The notes under the pieces are model-generated. The model ran no database searches and was not told the DNA's origin. It saw nothing but the letters and a program-made list of their open reading frames with translations. DNA of 64,000 nt from sequence record ON529860.1. One strand, given 5' to 3'. A program made the translations under genes and the position numbers. The first letter of the stretch is position 1, and every line of letters starts with the position of its first letter. Positions 63,776 through 64,000 of the stretch are shown piece by piece.

Positions 63776-64000
63776 AGAGTGTAGTCGACCGCCGGGTCGG
63801 GCATCCAGACCTCTTCCAGCATGTGCATCTGCGGGCGTGGCTGCCACTGGGCTTCGTGGTTCCAGGACAGGATCACGCCGGACCGCGTTTCGCTGCCGTC
63901 GGTCAGCGTCGCGCAGCCGTAGACATCAAAGGGCGGCGCGCCATCATAGGAATGGTGGCGCAAGGTATAGAGATGGGGACCGTTGCCGCCGCACCAGCGC
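63772..64000 (-). CDS. Hypothetical protein, C-terminal part (start outside the window)
   Basis: The frame stays open from the window edge to the stop at 63772. Confidence 0.55.
   Translation of the reverse strand, partial: RWCGGNGPHLYTLRHHSYDGAPPFDVYGCATLTDGSETRSGVILSWNHEAQWQPRPQMHMLEEVWMPDPAVDYTL

Overview
This window is about 64 kb from a large, GC-rich siphophage genome. Gene content and order match the phiCbK-like (Dolichocephalovirinae-type) phages of Caulobacter/Brevundimonas; this assignment is inferred and was not searched. Nearly all real genes are on the minus strand. In window order there are five blocks. (1) Nucleotide metabolism and replication, 1-19.6 kb: nrdB start, MT-A70 methylase, intein-containing nrdA, thyX, dNMP kinase, Dda/RecD helicase, SSB-like protein, Cas4-like nuclease, DnaQ exonuclease, T7-like PolA, Dcm, a metallophosphoesterase and an NPPY methylase. 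(2) A 1.2 kb gene-free region, 19.6-20.8 kb, that looks like two convergent large structured ncRNAs sharing one terminator. (3) A lysis cassette with two peptidoglycan hydrolases, followed by a class II aaRS-like gene, a MazG-like gene and a Maf/sialyltransferase-like gene. (4) A tail module, 25.6-60 kb, with a 2554-aa fibre, duplicated GTA-type tip and Dit genes, a tape measure protein, a frameshifted chaperone, the tail tube and neck genes. (5) phoH, a stand-alone PAS-domain gene, a candidate sRNA and an array of nine tRNA or tRNA-like genes, several of them non-canonical. The best candidates for undescribed biology are the ~620-nt ncRNA with its own promoter and terminator and its convergent partner, the aaRS-like/MazG-like pair alongside aberrant tRNAs, the PAS protein, a beta-propeller insert shared by three tail proteins, and two recurrent regulatory DNA motifs. 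All family calls come from motif recognition by eye; no database searches were run.
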